Notes: generated from the sequence alone by a model not told the origin. A DNA stretch of 63,409 nt, filler included, from Intoshia linei (GCA_001642005.1; 4 parts of 4 records of this genome joined end to end with filler, not necessarily neighbours in it), one strand, 5' to 3'; shown: positions 1-13,560, counted from the first letter of the whole stretch. Numbers and translations are program-made.

Positions 1-229
1 TTTATTGATTTTTACAAACATTTGGAAAATGATAATGAATTATGTAAAAAAATAATTTCCAATGATAAATACAAATAAAATTAACATTTACATTTCAAAT
101 TTTTAGAACTTTCAATTCCAATTTTATTGTTCTTTTTGTTTCTAAGTTATTTCGAAAAGTACTTATTTAGTACAGTGATATCTCGTTCTCGTCATGTTGA
201 AACATGTATTTATAAAATCTGGACACTTT

Positions 230-900
230 AATTTAGGTCTTGTTAGGTAATTTTAAGATTTTTCGGTCCCCATAACTAACCTCACCTCTTCATCTTCCAC
301 AATTAAAGCCTTTATTACGATACTTTGGATCAACAACTCCTTTTCTTACGTCTTTTAGTATCCGTAATTTCCTGCATTCGACAATTCTCAACGTGAATAA
401 AGATTTCAGCCCTTTGTACAACTACTTCCGGGCGCTCTCAAAGTAACATTTCTCGAGCCAAGGGAAACAACTTACACATCAACTCTTGTAAACAAATAGC
501 ATCATATTACTTTAACTCCAAAGCCGGCACTGCAGCTTTCAACATACTTTTCAACTCTTCACATGTACAATTAACCTTTGTACCAACCAACTTCTTGTAT
601 TTTCTATAAATTTCATTTAACAAATCAACTTTTTTCGACTTTATTTCAACTAAATCTCTCAACTTTTCAAAGTCATCCAACAAAATTCTATCCTTAGGAT
701 TCGCGCAACGAAAAACCATCTTAACCATCGTATTTTTAATCTAACTTTCCAACTTACTCTCATTTTTAAGATTAAATTAATCAAACCTTCTTTTTCAACT
801 GTCTTTAACTCCTCTACCACATACGAATTCACCTTGTCGTGTTTCAACTTTAACTCTTTTAAATTACTTTCTACCTTCGTCGATTTTATCTTACAACTGT
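230..900 (-). pseudogene. Degenerate gag-like retroelement relic
   Basis: Overlapping minus-strand ORF pieces (659-847, 507-728) continue through stops (LQELMCKLFPLAREMLL...) into a degenerate zinc-knuckle-like GFNCGR near 295-312; higher GC than flanks. Confidence 0.35.
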
Positions 901-958
901 TTCATATTTTTTTACCACTCAATTAATTTCTCTGGATCTGTTTTTATCCCAACTGAAT

Positions 959-1500
959 TTTAACTTATATAAAATGCGACGCGATTTTTGTTTGTGTGTG
1001 TGTGTTCAGCTTTATTTAAATAACTACCTGTTTTAGAATTTTTTAAATTTCTCTTTGATATTGTTCAATGAAATTTATTATTTTAAATTCCAAATTATTT
1101 ATACATTTTTGTTTTATCATCGTTTTATCTACGATCAAAATCATCGTAAATCAAATATTAAGATACCATATTATATATAACTAGGTTAAACAAACAGGAC
1201 CTAGCTCTGCCGAGGGCACATTTTTATTATATTTAAAAAAATAAATTAACGTTGAAAATTTAACTTAAAGATTTGACCATGAAGATATAATTTTTATGAT
1301 TTTAAAATCCGTATCAGCGTATATATTTTTTAAATTCTCTAACTCGTTCGATTTTCAAAAAGAGCAAAGGAGAAATGGGGTTTTTGACCCGTAAGATGTG
1401 AAATTGGGAGGTTGAAATTTATGTTATTATACGTCCCGGAAAAAACTATGTACCATTGTTGCAACTGTTTAAAAATACATAGATATTCGTAAGTATGTAT
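959..1500. mobile_element. Helitron-family fragments (5' end on plus at ~959; 3' CTAG end on minus at 1181)
   Basis: TAACTTATATAAAATGCGACGCGATTTTTG(TG)n 5' signature and CTAGG...CCTAGCTCTGCCGAGGGC 3' signature shared with the full-length copy at 33708-34927. Confidence 0.8.
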
Positions 1501-1559
1501 TTTTGTTTCAATGGGAGTCTGAGTCATTTGATTCTACGGATGCGACGTCACTGTCGATA

Positions 1560-2512
1560 CCTAGATCAATATTTTGAAGGAATACCTCATCTGTAGTTAT
1601 TTTTGTATCATATGCTGGAAAATCATCATCTAAGTTACTATTTAGCTGGTTATTATTAATATTCTAATTCGTTATTGTCGATAGCTTGGTTATCGATTAT
1701 GCCACAATCTCGATATACCAATGTACTAATTTTTGAATTTATAAATGCTTTTTGGAAACAATTTGTTATACATTTCTTTGAAACATTCTCCCACGCCATG
1801 AGAATATACGAAATACATTTGTATAATTTGAATTTTTTTAATAAATTTTGATAATCCAGATCTTCATATTCTGGGTTTTCCATTTCAATAAGTATAATCA
1901 TGTTAATAATGCGCTTGTATTGCTCCTTAAACGAGTGTATAATCCCGAGTGGTTGTATCTTAAAATTTTTAGAACGTTTTTTGAAAGAACTTATCAAACT
2001 ATTTGAAGCCTTAAAATCTTCAATTTTATAAGTTTGAGACCATTAATTTAATAGAGACATTGTTTTAATCATTTCGTCAGATAAAATAAAATGTTTCAAC
2101 CTTTTAAATTCAATACATTCAAATAGTTTTTCATCTATTTTAGAGGGTTTAAAGAAGCTTCTATTACGGATGATCTTATTATCTTGAAGCAGAATATTGT
2201 GTGAATTTTTAATTATTCCATTAAGGAAGCCCAGAGATAATTTAAATTTCTTAGCAATATCTCGTTGGCTATATGTTTTATTTTTCTCATGAAACAGTAA
2301 TATTTGTTTTTTTTCTTCAATTGATTTTATCGGATATTGATATGACGGTTTTTATCGTTCATTATATAATTTAAAAATAAAGTGCAAATCATTGATTTAA
2401 ATTACAATGAGATTATACAAAAATAGAATATTACCTTTATTTTGAAAGGTGTTCACCGTTCATCACCGTATTGTTCACTATATTAGGTGTTCAATATATA
2501 CAGGTCCGACTG
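1560..2512 (-). mobile_element. pogo/Tigger-like DNA transposon relic
   Basis: Minus-strand CENP-B-type HTH (SIEEKKQIL...YSQRDIAKKFKLSLG) and DDE_1 remnant (IQPLGIIHSFKEQYKR...MAWENVSKKCITNCFQKA); terminus CAGTCGGACC next to TA at 2512-2514. Confidence 0.75.
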
Positions 2513-2559
2513 TATAACATAACGCATACATGTCTGACTGAGTTTTTCCACGAATCAAG

Positions 2560-2960
2560 CATTATGGATATTAACTCAGATTTAAAGTATCGTTTCATAT
2601 TTAATTTAATTTTTAAGGATAAAGTTTTAACTCTTTCAGATATTATAAATCTTGATTTGCAATTCATACCATAAGCCCACTGAAAAATAGGGTATTATAC
2701 AATGTTAAATGGCAAAACGTGATTACAACAACACGTTGTAATTACTTGTCTGTTTATATAAGGAAAATTTGGAAATTTTTCATCTTTCTTAATTGCTAAA
2801 ATACTCGTTATTTTTGGCGTGACAGAAACATTGTCACAATGTATTTTTAAATGGTTCCCCAATGACGCCATGTGTAAATGAGAATTTATGTATTTAATTC
2901 TTTTTGAGCATACTAAACATTGCATGTAATTAACTCCGTCTTTTTTAAAGTGTTTTAGTG
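2560..2960 (-). mobile_element. hAT transposase N-terminal relic with BED zinc finger
   Basis: ORF 2695-2925: QCLVCSKRI...SLGNHLKIH (C-x2-C...H-x3-H) followed by HVLPFNIV, typical of the hAT region after BED. Confidence 0.6.
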
Positions 2961-4499
2961 AATTTATGCTGTTGAACGATAATATAAAATGATAATAAGA
3001 GATTTTATTCTAAATGAATTAAAACTAATGCATAATGCAACCATGAAATATCAATATACATCAAAATTTAATCGTATTTAAAAATTGATTAATTTTGGTA
3101 CCAGCATAGCTGGTATCATCCTTGGATATGGGTAAAATTGATGTGTATTTGGGATGTAGGCAGGTACAAAAATGGTATTGTAGTCTCAATAGTTGGATGT
3201 GTATAAACTCCCCATGGAAACAATAAAAATAATATAATCCAATATGTACTATTTACATACCTACCTATATTAGCCTCCATTTAAAGTTGATGCTCTCTGT
3301 AACATGAAACTGCTATAATAAGTGATTAGTATTAAGAAATCTACATTTAAGTACATCCAAGGAACGTCTCTGTGAAATCTCCAATAGACGAATCTTTATA
3401 AATTTTTGATTATAATGCTTTCAGTTGCATATAGCATATATTTGATGTACCATGTACTAGAACAACTGTAATGTATTATACATTATCAATATCCGTACAC
3501 AGGGTGGTTACTGTGTTTCATTAACAATTTTATTTTTACATGGATCGGATAATTAATGAAAAATTCAGCTTTGGTTTGTATATCAAGTAAAATTGTTTCT
3601 TTTTATTTACAATTCAATCAGTTCATAAAGCAGATTACTATTTTTAGTAGAACGTTCCAGTTAATGGGTAATTGGTAGCGAATCAATATTACAATGAAAT
3701 ATTAACCATTAGTTAAATCGTGTATTGGGATGAAACATTGTAAAACTGAATTGATCGATTTTTGTAATCTAAATAAAGTGATATATTCTTTATACCATGT
3801 TTTTTCTGTTTAGGGATATTAGATAAATTGTGTTTTTTATTCTTCATGTTTATTTTTAAACTATGCATAAAATCTTTCAATCGATCTTCATTTTTCAAGG
3901 CATGAATCATTCGGGTCTTTGATTGGAATTGGTCTTTGCTTGCAATGATACTTTATTTAAATTTAATCATCTTTATATTTTACTTGACAACATAAATTGT
4001 AAATTATTGATAGAAAAATGTCAATTTACAAATTAAGTAAATATTGCAAGTATTCTCAGAAAGATATGATATTTATTAGCCTTATGATTCATGTATATTC
4101 TTGATTCGTCGTGAGTCACAGACTACAATATATTGAAGAAGGTGGACATTACAATCATAGAAATAGACTACTAATAAAATAAAATACATGTATTATAAAT
4201 TCATTATTGCTTGCCAATCAGTTTATATTTGTTTTTAATTACAATCTTCATGAATATATTTATAATTTCACTTTCTGCCAATAGCACGATGTTGATATAA
4301 TTTGTCATAGTAACACGTAAACATGAAATTTTTTAGTGCGTCTTATTGAAAATATTTCAGAATTTACGGAATGCATGGTAATTTGAATGTAGACAGGCAA
4401 CAAAATTAATTTAGTTGTTAAGATGGCGATAATAAATCAATGACAAATAAATATTTATTGTTTACATTTGTTTACTGATTTTCTTTTATGTTAGAACAA

Positions 4500-6295
4500 A
4501 TGAGTAATTTGGAAGTAATTGATTATGACAACCAAAAAGAACCACCAGTTAAACCGTAAGTATTTTGTTTTTATTTTTATATCATGATTCAGACATGAAA
4601 GCAAACACGACACAATTCTAATTGAAAGCTCGTATATTATTTATTTTTCGTTTTGTATATATTTTTAGTGACGAAGAAGATGGTCAGTTTATCAAAAAAG
4701 GTAAACTGCTCAAATCTACAACAAACCTTGTAAATAATGATGTTATTAAAGGTGAAGGTAAGAAAATATCAGTAAAAAACGCTACCACCAAGAGAGTCAG
4801 TGTTTGTGACTCAGTGACTGTGTTATCCAGTGCTAATGATAGTGGTATGCCATCCAAACGTAGTAAGAAAAATAATTTGGAAGAGGCAATTAAGCGCACC
4901 AATTCGGTGTCACCAAAAAAAATAAAGACTATGAATCATAAACTAAACAAACAATACAGTGGCAACGACAATTGTACTCCCAATAACGAACCACAACCGC
5001 ATCGATATTCAAATCAAAATTCAATTTCTATACCAGAACATCAATTCAATCCTAGACCAAACATGTACAATCAAAGTAATGCACCCATGAACATGCCGTT
5101 ACCTTCTTGTAAAAATCAAATGAACACTGCTATTTACAATACTAGACCAGAAAATTCACAGCAATTTCAAAGATTTATTTTGATGAACAATAGCACTATG
5201 CCATCGATGCATCCGCAAGGGTATATGAATGGCTCAGCAATTCAACAAACCAGAAGTCAACGAGTGGCATATCATAACCAATCGCGCCCTATGCATGCTT
5301 GGATGTCTCAGGTTACTCATCAATATCCTGTGTATTCAATCCCAAATTCTGGTTCCATGCAGCATATTAATACTTGTTATAAAGAAAATGGAATGATTTC
5401 GCAAACTAATTTAAACGTGCAGCAGACTAGAGATAACCATGTAAATAATGTTTATAGTCAGTTAAATAACGCTTTGAATGGCAGCTGTGCGACAAGTCAA
5501 CAATATCCTTCATCTTATCGACTAAATAATTTACAAGATAAACAAAAGTCTATGGATACATCGTGTGAGACTAATAACAGTATTCCAAATGATTTACAAT
5601 CCAATATTTCCACTAATGTTATGAAACATTTTCATGACCCAACGAATGCTCAAAATGAAAAACTTTTAATAAATAAAAATTTATTAGTCAGCATATTTAG
5701 TAGAGTACGTTCTATCGAACTGGATTTTATTATTGAAAAAAATAAAAGAATAAAAAGTGTACTGGGGGAATTGAGTTTACAAAGACAAATTAATGAACAA
5801 CGAAATAGGAATGCAACAAATTCCCAAGTATTGAATGATCTGCGCAAATCTATGGATTATTATGAAAATAAGTATTTGAGAGAAGAAGTGAATGTATCTA
5901 AACAAATTGACGAAATTGCAAAACAGTTAAATTCATACGAGTCTTGTTTGCATTTCACTACAGACAAACTAAAGAAATATCACGAAAAATCAATTAATGA
6001 TAAGCGTAATAAAATTAATGTTTCAGTAAATACAAATACTCGTGTCACTAATGATAAAGAAGTTCAAACTATAATTATACCCACCACAAATGATAATACT
6101 ACTGATAGTAATACCGCTTCTATGAATACTTTTTGGAAACGTCTTGAAACAACTGATTCTGTTAAAACCAAAACCTCTAGTCCAAAATCCAACAATGTAG
6201 ATGTGAAGCCGGACATTAAAACCGATATATGTAAAATTTCAATTAATGATAAAATAGATCCAAGTTTTGATCACAATTATCATATTCCAGTATAA
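4500..6295 (+). CDS. Uncharacterised Asn/Gln/Ser-rich protein with C-terminal coiled-coil-like segment (exons 4500-4555, 4669-6295)
   Basis: ATG 4500, GTAAG donor 4556 and TTTTTAG acceptor 4668 join in frame (KP|DEEDG) to the 557-aa ORF; further upstream exons possible. Confidence 0.75.
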
Positions 6296-6324
6296 AGTAT
6301 TTATTAAATTATATTTGTATTAAC

Positions 6325-7010
6325 TTATATTTCTGTTTTTTCCCCTTTTGGTTTGTATTCATAGATAATTTTGGGTAAATTACTTTTTTCTGTATTCATG
6401 TTTTCTTGGGATGAAAATTTGGTGGCATTAGAAATGCTATGCATTTCTAAGTGTTCATTTCGACGTGCTGAATTTAATTTAATCAATTGCATTGTATCTG
6501 ATTTTTTAAATTTTGATTTTTCTGAAGGTTTGACAGATTTATATAATTGATAATCTGACATTACTAAATTTAATGTTTTCAAGTGATTACGCTTTTCGAC
6601 TTCTAAATTAATATTATGGTGGTTATTAATTTTATTTGTTACTAGCTTCAAATTTGTGTAAAAAGTTTAATCTAAAGAGATTCACATATGCAAAGTTACT
6701 ATTGATCACTTTCAATGTAGGCATTATAAATTTCTCCTTGTTTATCTTTTTATCTAAAAATAATAACATAATATATCAGCCATTTTCAAGTGAATTTGAG
6801 GTTTGTAGAAATACATTGGATTTCTCTAATCTTTTCAGATCATTGCATGTTTATCTGAATAAATTCGATTCAGACAGTCAAATATTATTTAATGCAAATA
6901 CTGTGCAATCCAATTTTATGCAAGGTCAAAGTGTACTAGTAATATGATATGCAATTTTCGTAATATTAAGGGTTAAGAATTTATTTACACGTCTTTCCCA
7001 AAAAACCATA
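6325..7010 (-). pseudogene. Interrupted coding-like segment convergent with the 4500-6295 gene
   Basis: 108-aa ORF 6325-6651 plus upstream coding-like frame broken by several stops; no recognisable domain. Confidence 0.3.
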
Positions 7011-7361
7011 TATTTCACATACAACTTACAAAGTACATTTGTAAATTTATATTTACAATAAATACAACTTTAAATTACATTATATTTTTTTAAATATTAA
7101 TCACCATGAATCCCATTAAATTGGAACATTTTAAAAATTAGTAAACACGTTAAAGAATTAATCCCAAGTATATAAAATTTCGTTTTCAGTCTAAATAAAT
7201 GTTCTATTTCAAACCACACATTGACAATTAAATATATAGTCGCACCTACCCTATCATAGACCCACTTTTTGGGAGGAGATCGACAAAAATTTTATAAAAA
7301 GAGTCATTCCATATTCCCAAACTGAACGTTTCAAAAAATATATTTGTGAATATGATAACTA

Positions 7362-8465
7362 TTAGGTCATTCACAAAGTAATGTCGTTTTTATAACTATA
7401 ATTAAAACTTCTATAACAATTTTGATTAACCTTTATTCTCCATTGCATTCAACAATTCTTCTTTAACGTTCCGGTAGCTTCTTAATTCCATTTTGAAAAA
7501 AACTCTGGCTTTTATGTCAAAAAGTTATCAATGTCAGATTTTAAATGCTCAATTGAATTGTATTTTTTTCCATGGTAATGGTTACTCATCGACCTAAAAA
7601 GGTGATAGTCAGAAGAAGCAATGGCTGGAGAATATGGTGGGTGATCTAATACCTCATAATTAAGGTCCATTAAATGTTTTCTAGTCTTTATAGCAGTATG
7701 ATGTCTAGCATTGTCGTGTAATAAAATAATATTACCTTTGGAGAACATGCGACTCTTTTACGCTAAATTGCATCAGTCAATTTATCCAATTGTTCGCAAT
7801 ACTTTTCCGCATTAATGGTTTCTTTGTTTTTAAGATAATCATAATAAAGTATGCCTTTCATATCCCACCAAATACTCATCATTACCTTTTTACCATGGAG
7901 TTCTGGTTTTGGAGTCAATATCGGTGATTCCTAAGAAGATAGCCATTGTTTTTTCAATTTAATATATAATTTAATTTAGTAGGCACTGGTTTTTTAACAG
8001 CTGGCAACAAAGGAAAGCGATTGACATGTTTGAATTGGAGATTTTTTCAATTCACTTTTTATTTGATTAATATCAACAGTTGAAAGTCTACCGGAACGTT
8101 GGAAATCCATTAGGGTGTAGTTTACATCTCGAAATCTTTTAAACCATATTTCACATTTTCTGTCATTTAAAACATCCTTACCATACACAGCACATATATT
8201 TTTGGTAGCTACCATTGCACTAAGGCCCTTAAAGTACTCATACAGTAAAATATGACGTAAATATCCCTCAAAATCATTAAAATAATTTGTCTAAATGGCC
8301 ATTGGATAAATGTAGATTTAAATAAATTACGTTCTCATCTGATGTGATCGTACACATGATTGTTAAAAAATATTTTATATTTCAAAATTGTGAAATCTTA
8401 TCGGTGATAAAGCGTTTCTAATAAACTGTATCAATAAAAACGACCTAACTTTGTAAATCACCTCA
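7362..8465 (-). mobile_element. mariner (DD34D) element, internally deleted and decayed
   Basis: Imperfect ~30-bp TIRs (TTAGGTCATTCACAAAGTAATGTCGTTTTT / AAAAACGACCTAACTTTGTAAATCACCTCA) with TA flanks; motifs MSIWWDMKGI, LHDNARHH, HPPYSPAIASSDYHLF; N-terminal HTH (WFKRFR...RSGR). Confidence 0.92.
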
Positions 8466-8878
8466 TATTAGCGATTTCAAGTCCGGAGAGGTGATTAGTG
8501 ACTATGGCACTATGTATCGGTTAAGAAAATTTTATTTTAGGGTGGTTCAAGCATGGTAAATTCTGCTTTGATTTGCATTTACATAATATTTGTATAATGT
8601 TCATGCTAAATTTTTAACCTTCAGCTAAAATGAATGCACATTTGCATTCAAAATAAAAAACTTGGCGAACATTCAATTGAGTGACATAATCATAAATTTT
8701 GCAAATCAATCATATTGATTTTTTAACCCAATTTTGAAAAATTTTCAAGATAATTTTGATAGTAAATTATTCAATTCAAATTTAATTTATATCTACTTTT
8801 TATTTGTAAAAACTAAATCTAATTAAATAATTTGTTAGTATTGCTAGAAAAATATCTAAACAAAAATATAAGATACTA

Positions 8879-9417
8879 TACCATTTCACTAACTAAATGA
8901 CAACAATTTAAATTTGAATTAGTGTACTTTAAATAATTTATTGAGATAATTAAAATGTCATATTTGCAAGGCTTAAGGCGTCGACCAATATTCCTTGTAT
9001 CTTCGATATGCAAGATATACACAAGTTTGGAGTAAGTTTTTACTTGATTTGTTTTTCTAGCCATTATAATATGCAAAATTTAAAACAAATAAAATAATGC
9101 AATTTAATATTTTCTTATCTTATGATAACAGTGGATAGGCCACTTTATGTTTAAGATATATTTATTTTAAATAAAAATTTGAATATTACTGAGCAATATT
9201 GAAATATCATTTTTAATATTTGATATTGAAGTTTAAATATTGCATAGAATAATCAACAATAGAATACTATTGAAGGATAAATATGAATAACTATTCTTAT
9301 TTACTCCGAAATTGTACTAGTAAAATAAAAAATTATGATTGAATTTGTTATTGTCATTTAGTTTCTAGTCATTGACAATTAGTTTGTATCTATTGTCATT
9401 TAGTTAGTGAAATGGTA
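8879..9417. mobile_element. Tc1/mariner-superfamily MITE with perfect 25-bp TIR and TA TSD
   Basis: TACCATTTCACTAACTAAATGACAA ... TTGTCATTTAGTTAGTGAAATGGTA, with TA at 8877-8878 and 9418-9419. Confidence 0.85.
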
Positions 9418-9920
9418 TAGCTTGACTGTTATGTACTTCGTACAATCAGAATCCTAGATCTGCCGAGGGCGGACATTTTTTATTCTACCAGAAAAATAAA
9501 TTAAATAAAAAAATTTAACCTAAAAATGCTACTATTCAATAAATTTTTTTAAATTCTAAGGCTGCTTTCATTAAAAAAAAACTAATTTTGGGTTTTGACC
9601 CTGAAGATATATTTTTTTTAAATTTATGATAACATTTATGATTTTAAAAACTATCCCAAAATTTATATTTAAAAAAATTTTTTATTTTTAAAACAAAGGG
9701 TAATTTGTGGTTTTGACCTTGAAGGTATGCGTTTTTGAGGCTGAGATTAACGACAATGTTAATGATTTTAAAACGTGCCCCAGAATGTATGTTTTATTAA
9801 ATTTATGGCTGATTTTTTTTAAAAAAAAGGGAAAATTGGGTTTAATTGGCTTTACGACTGTCAACTTTTTCCATAAATGGTAACACATAAACACACACAG
9901 ACAGTCGTTTTTATATAAGT
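9418..9920 (-). mobile_element. Non-autonomous Helitron copy (short)
   Basis: 3' hairpin and terminator signature at 9421-9470; internal TTTTGACCNTGAAG repeats; CA microsatellite near the 5' end. Confidence 0.75.
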
Positions 9921-10109
9921 AAAAGATAAAAAAAATATTTTTTTTTAATAATTGTCAAATAATGTATAAAAACTAGCAACAACATAAAATTAAAATGTTT
10001 TCATTATTTTTTTTAAAAGTATTCAAAATATTTAATAAATAAGTGGAAGGGTTAATATGAAAACATAAAAACCTTATAAAAATCATGGATTATTTAAAAA
10101 TTATGCAAA

Positions 10110-10700
10110 CTAGCAATTATATTTACATTTTAAATGAAAGATTTTTTTTATTATCATACCTTTATTATAATGTGGAATTTTTATGTTTATCAACTTTAGA
10201 GGATCATTCATTTGAAAGTTGGCAATTGAATTGCGACAATAAGCAAAATTTAACTGGCAATTGTATTGATCAATATTATCTTTGAAATTCATATATTCAG
10301 CTAAATCTGGAATCAACATTAAATATAATGGATTTTTATTAGAGTAAAGCATATTTGACAATGTTCCCATTGCATCATCTAGAAATGACAAGATCAGTTA
10401 ATTTTAATACAATTTATACCTTCAAAAAGACTGATACAAAATGACAGAGTATTATAAAGATTGTACCATTTGTGTACCATGAAAGATTCACAGTTACTGC
10501 TCATTATTTGTAAACCTAAATCAAATTACATGCATTTAAATTAATCAAATTATCGTATAAATTTTAAGCAAAATCTAATTACCCACATTTAGGTTTCTAG
10601 GATGGTTAGCTGATAACATACCTGTATGTGCTTAAAAACAAATATAACATCAGTGTTATAGTAAGTACACATATTTTTTCAGTAGTCAATGTAAGGATCA
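10110..10700 (-). CDS. Spliced gene or pseudogene of unknown function
   Basis: 41-nt GT-AG intron 10419-10379 joins LQIMSSNCESFMVHKWYNLYNTLSFCISLFE in frame to DDAMGTLSNMLYSNKNPLYLM...; upstream exons contain stops. Confidence 0.4.
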
Positions 10701-11207
10701 AAACGACCATCAAGGATTGAAATTTAATATTTTTAACATTTGTATTATCTATCATCACCTATTGAAAAAATTATTTGTTAATGAGTTTATGCTATATCTA
10801 GTGCTACCATATTTAATTCGTACTATTTTGTTATTAGTAACCATAATAGCATCTCAATAAATGATGATAAATTTATAAAGAACATTGGATGAAAACATAA
10901 GATGAAAATTACATAATTAATGGTAGAATCTGTCATAGATTAATATATAATTGTTGATAATATTTAATTGTATTTCTCGCTAGACGCGATTTTAATACAT
11001 AATTATCTACTAATTTATGGAACATATCGACACAAGTTTTTTTATTTTTATCAAATTTCATAATACTTAGGCATTTATGACATTCTACATGATCATCGTC
11101 CTTTTTTTAACATTAAGTTTAATAATCCAGTTTTCTTTAAAATTATATCGATTTTTTGGCATTGTCAATTCAAAATATAAAAAATTTCACCTTAATATTA
11201 AACTTTA

Positions 11208-12060
11208 TTCTAACTTATATAAAAGGCTACGCGATTTTTGTTTGTGTGTCTGCGTGTGTGTTCAACTTTATTTAAATAACTACCTGTCTTAAAATTTTTT
11301 AAAGACTATATTTCAATTACAGTTTTTTTCAGGACGTATATTAAAATAAATTCCAACCTCCCAATTTCACATCTTACGGGTCAAAAACCCCTGTTGTCCC
11401 TCTTTTTGAAAATCAAACGAGTTAAAGAATTTAAAAAAATATATACGCTGATGCGGATTGTAAAATCATGAACATTATCATAAATTCCCCTTCCTTTTTT
11501 AATGAAAACAGCCCTATAATTTCAAAAAAATGTACATGTTTTACAGTTGTATCCTGTTAACACACACTAAAATTTTCAATCCGAATAAGTGATAAGTTCA
11601 CGGTCAAAAAAGCATTTTAGTATTCATATATTTTTTTTCTGAAATATTTTATTAAAACAAAAAGTGTGAAATAATTAATGGTCCAAAAATTAAAAAAAAG
11701 ATAATTCTAATAGAGCTTATTCCAGTTGATATAAATAAAAAATTCGGTGGAAAATAATTTTTAATATATTAGCAACCAATATTTTTCAAATATTTCGATT
11801 AAAATCAAACATTGAAAATGTAAATATTGATCCTACAATTTCAAAAAAAATGTGGATTGTACGCCTACACATTTCCAATAAATACCTGAGTGAAAATGTA
11901 TATAATTCATTCCTTCGGAATTTTTTTCATTTCTACGCAATTTTTAAATTTCAAATTTTTATTTTCAAAACATTTTGAAAAAACTTTAATTAAATTATAA
12001 CACTATAGCAACGTATTTATAAAATTAAATTTATACTAACTTAAAACGTTATTTTTTTAC
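11208..12060 (+). mobile_element. Non-autonomous Helitron copy running into the gap
   Basis: 5' TTCTAACTTATATAAAAGGCTACGCGATTTTTG(TG)n; body matches 33708-34927. Confidence 0.85.
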
Positions 12061-12160
12061 NNNNNNNNNNNNNNNNNNNNNNNNNNNNNNNNNNNNNNNN
12101 NNNNTTAATTAATTAANNNNNNNNNNNNNNNNNNNNNNNNNNNNNNNNNNNNNNNNNNNN
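12061..12160. other. Assembly gap with TTAATTAATTAA linker (also 42678-42776 and 62200-62298)
   Basis: N-run / TTAATTAATTAA / N-run in all three gaps. Confidence 0.95.
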
Positions 12161-12550
12161 AAAGATGTGGTTGATCCTCCTGAAGACTTCATAGTCTTCT
12201 GACACTTCGTGCATCGAACGTCATCTTTGTTCTTCCGAATGAAAAATTTCCACACATTTGATTTCCTTTTTAACATGTTAGGGCTGAAAAATAAAAGGGG
12301 AAAACTATAAAAATTATCTTACATAAAAATCATGAAAGCTATCATATCAATAAAGAGAATATTGATATTAAAAGATCATAACAAATGTAATTTTATTCTA
12401 AATAAACCCCTGTAAATCTTCTATTGACTTACCAAAGAGAATCCAAAATCGAAAGGCGGATATAAAAAGTAAAATAATAAAACCGGTTTTTATTATTCGA
12501 TTTCGGTTTTGACGTCATTACATGAAAATCGGTTTTAATCGTTTTTAATT
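12161..12550 (-). mobile_element. hAT element 5' part with BED-finger exon and subterminal AACCG/CGGTT repeats
   Basis: MLKRKSNVWKFFIRKNKDDVRCTKCQKTMKSSGGSTTS (cut by the gap); clustered CGGTTTT motifs at 12480-12545. Confidence 0.7.
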
Positions 12551-12599
12551 TACATTAAAAAATGTCTATGAAGAATAACTAAATTTCAGTTTGATAATA

Positions 12600-13220
12600 A
12601 AAATACAAAATAATTAATAATTTACTAGAATCATAATAACATTGCACCCATTCAAAAAAAAGATGTTTTAAATGTAAAAATGTCAAACCTGATAAACAAA
12701 TCGGAATACAAAACAATGATAAATAATGAAATAATTACCCGAGACGAACCTCCATGGAATTTCGAATATCCAAAAAAGGAATGGGTTAAAAGGTTTATTA
12801 TATTTATTCATTAGATAGTTATATTTTCAATTATTACACAAGTTTGGGTTTAATTACGGAATTCCCTACAGATAATTAATCACAAATTTTTTTATAAATA
12901 TACTGAAAGTAGTGATTGTGATTTCCCAGGAAAAAATAAAAAATTTTTATTCATATATAATATAGAAGCATTAAAAATTTTAGACCTTAATTAATTTTAG
13001 AAACAAAAAGAAATTTAATTAATGAAATAACACGAATCTAGATTGAAAATTAACAAATTTAATTAGAAAAATTTTTTTTTTATATTTTAGATTGTTGAAA
13101 AAGTGTTCAAAACACACATAATATTGATAGATTCGTCTTTTAAACGCGTTCTACGTTTTGTAATGAAATTAGAAGCTGTAGAGAAATTTCTTTCATTATG
13201 TGTTGACGTAGGTTGAACGG
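12600..13220 (+). pseudogene. Coding-like spliced fragments of unknown identity
   Basis: Open segments NHNNIAPIQ...RDEPPWNFEYPKKEWVK and IVEKVFKTH...LCVDVG bounded by AG/GT, but no clean model. Confidence 0.25.
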
Positions 13221-13254
13221 TCATAAGGGTTTCCTTTAATTTTAACAATATTGA

Positions 13255-13560
13255 TGATAGTGTTCCAGTTCGTAAAAACTCATAATATTTTTCAAAATAA
13301 TATTGGAAAAAGAGGATAATTCCCTTAAGAGTTAGTAATTTGTAGTTGGAATAAGAGGATTATAAAAAAAGTATTTGAAAAAGGATATTTTTCCATTAAA
13401 GGCTGGAAAATTAGATTTTTTATTTGTGGTTTGATGAAGTGGATTTTTTCATAAGATTTCGTAGAATCGGATTTTGGAAAAAAATATCGGTGTAAGACAA
13501 TTTTTCCATGAGGGCTTGAAATGGCATTTTTGATTAAATTTTATTTAAAATTGATTAAAA
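13255..13560. repeat. Dispersed repeat, inverted relative of 19740-20030
   Basis: GGATTTTTTCATAAGATTTCGTAGAATCGGATTT approximates the reverse complement of AAATCGGATTTTACGAAACCTTATGAAAAAAATC at ~19812-19846. Confidence 0.55.

Noticed and set aside
4684-5847. Antisense ORFs within real genes (also 21307-21534, 48792-49361, 51194-51409)
   Set aside because: Shadow frames of coding sequence.
3280-7010. Alternative genetic code to explain in-frame stops in coding-like segments
   Set aside because: Stops are mixed and accompanied by frameshifts, while intact genes use the standard code with TAA/TGA terminators.
12105-12116. TTAATTAATTAA palindrome within N-runs (three times)
   Set aside because: Scaffolding linker with stops in all frames; the ORF 62248-62466 running into Ns is also an artefact.
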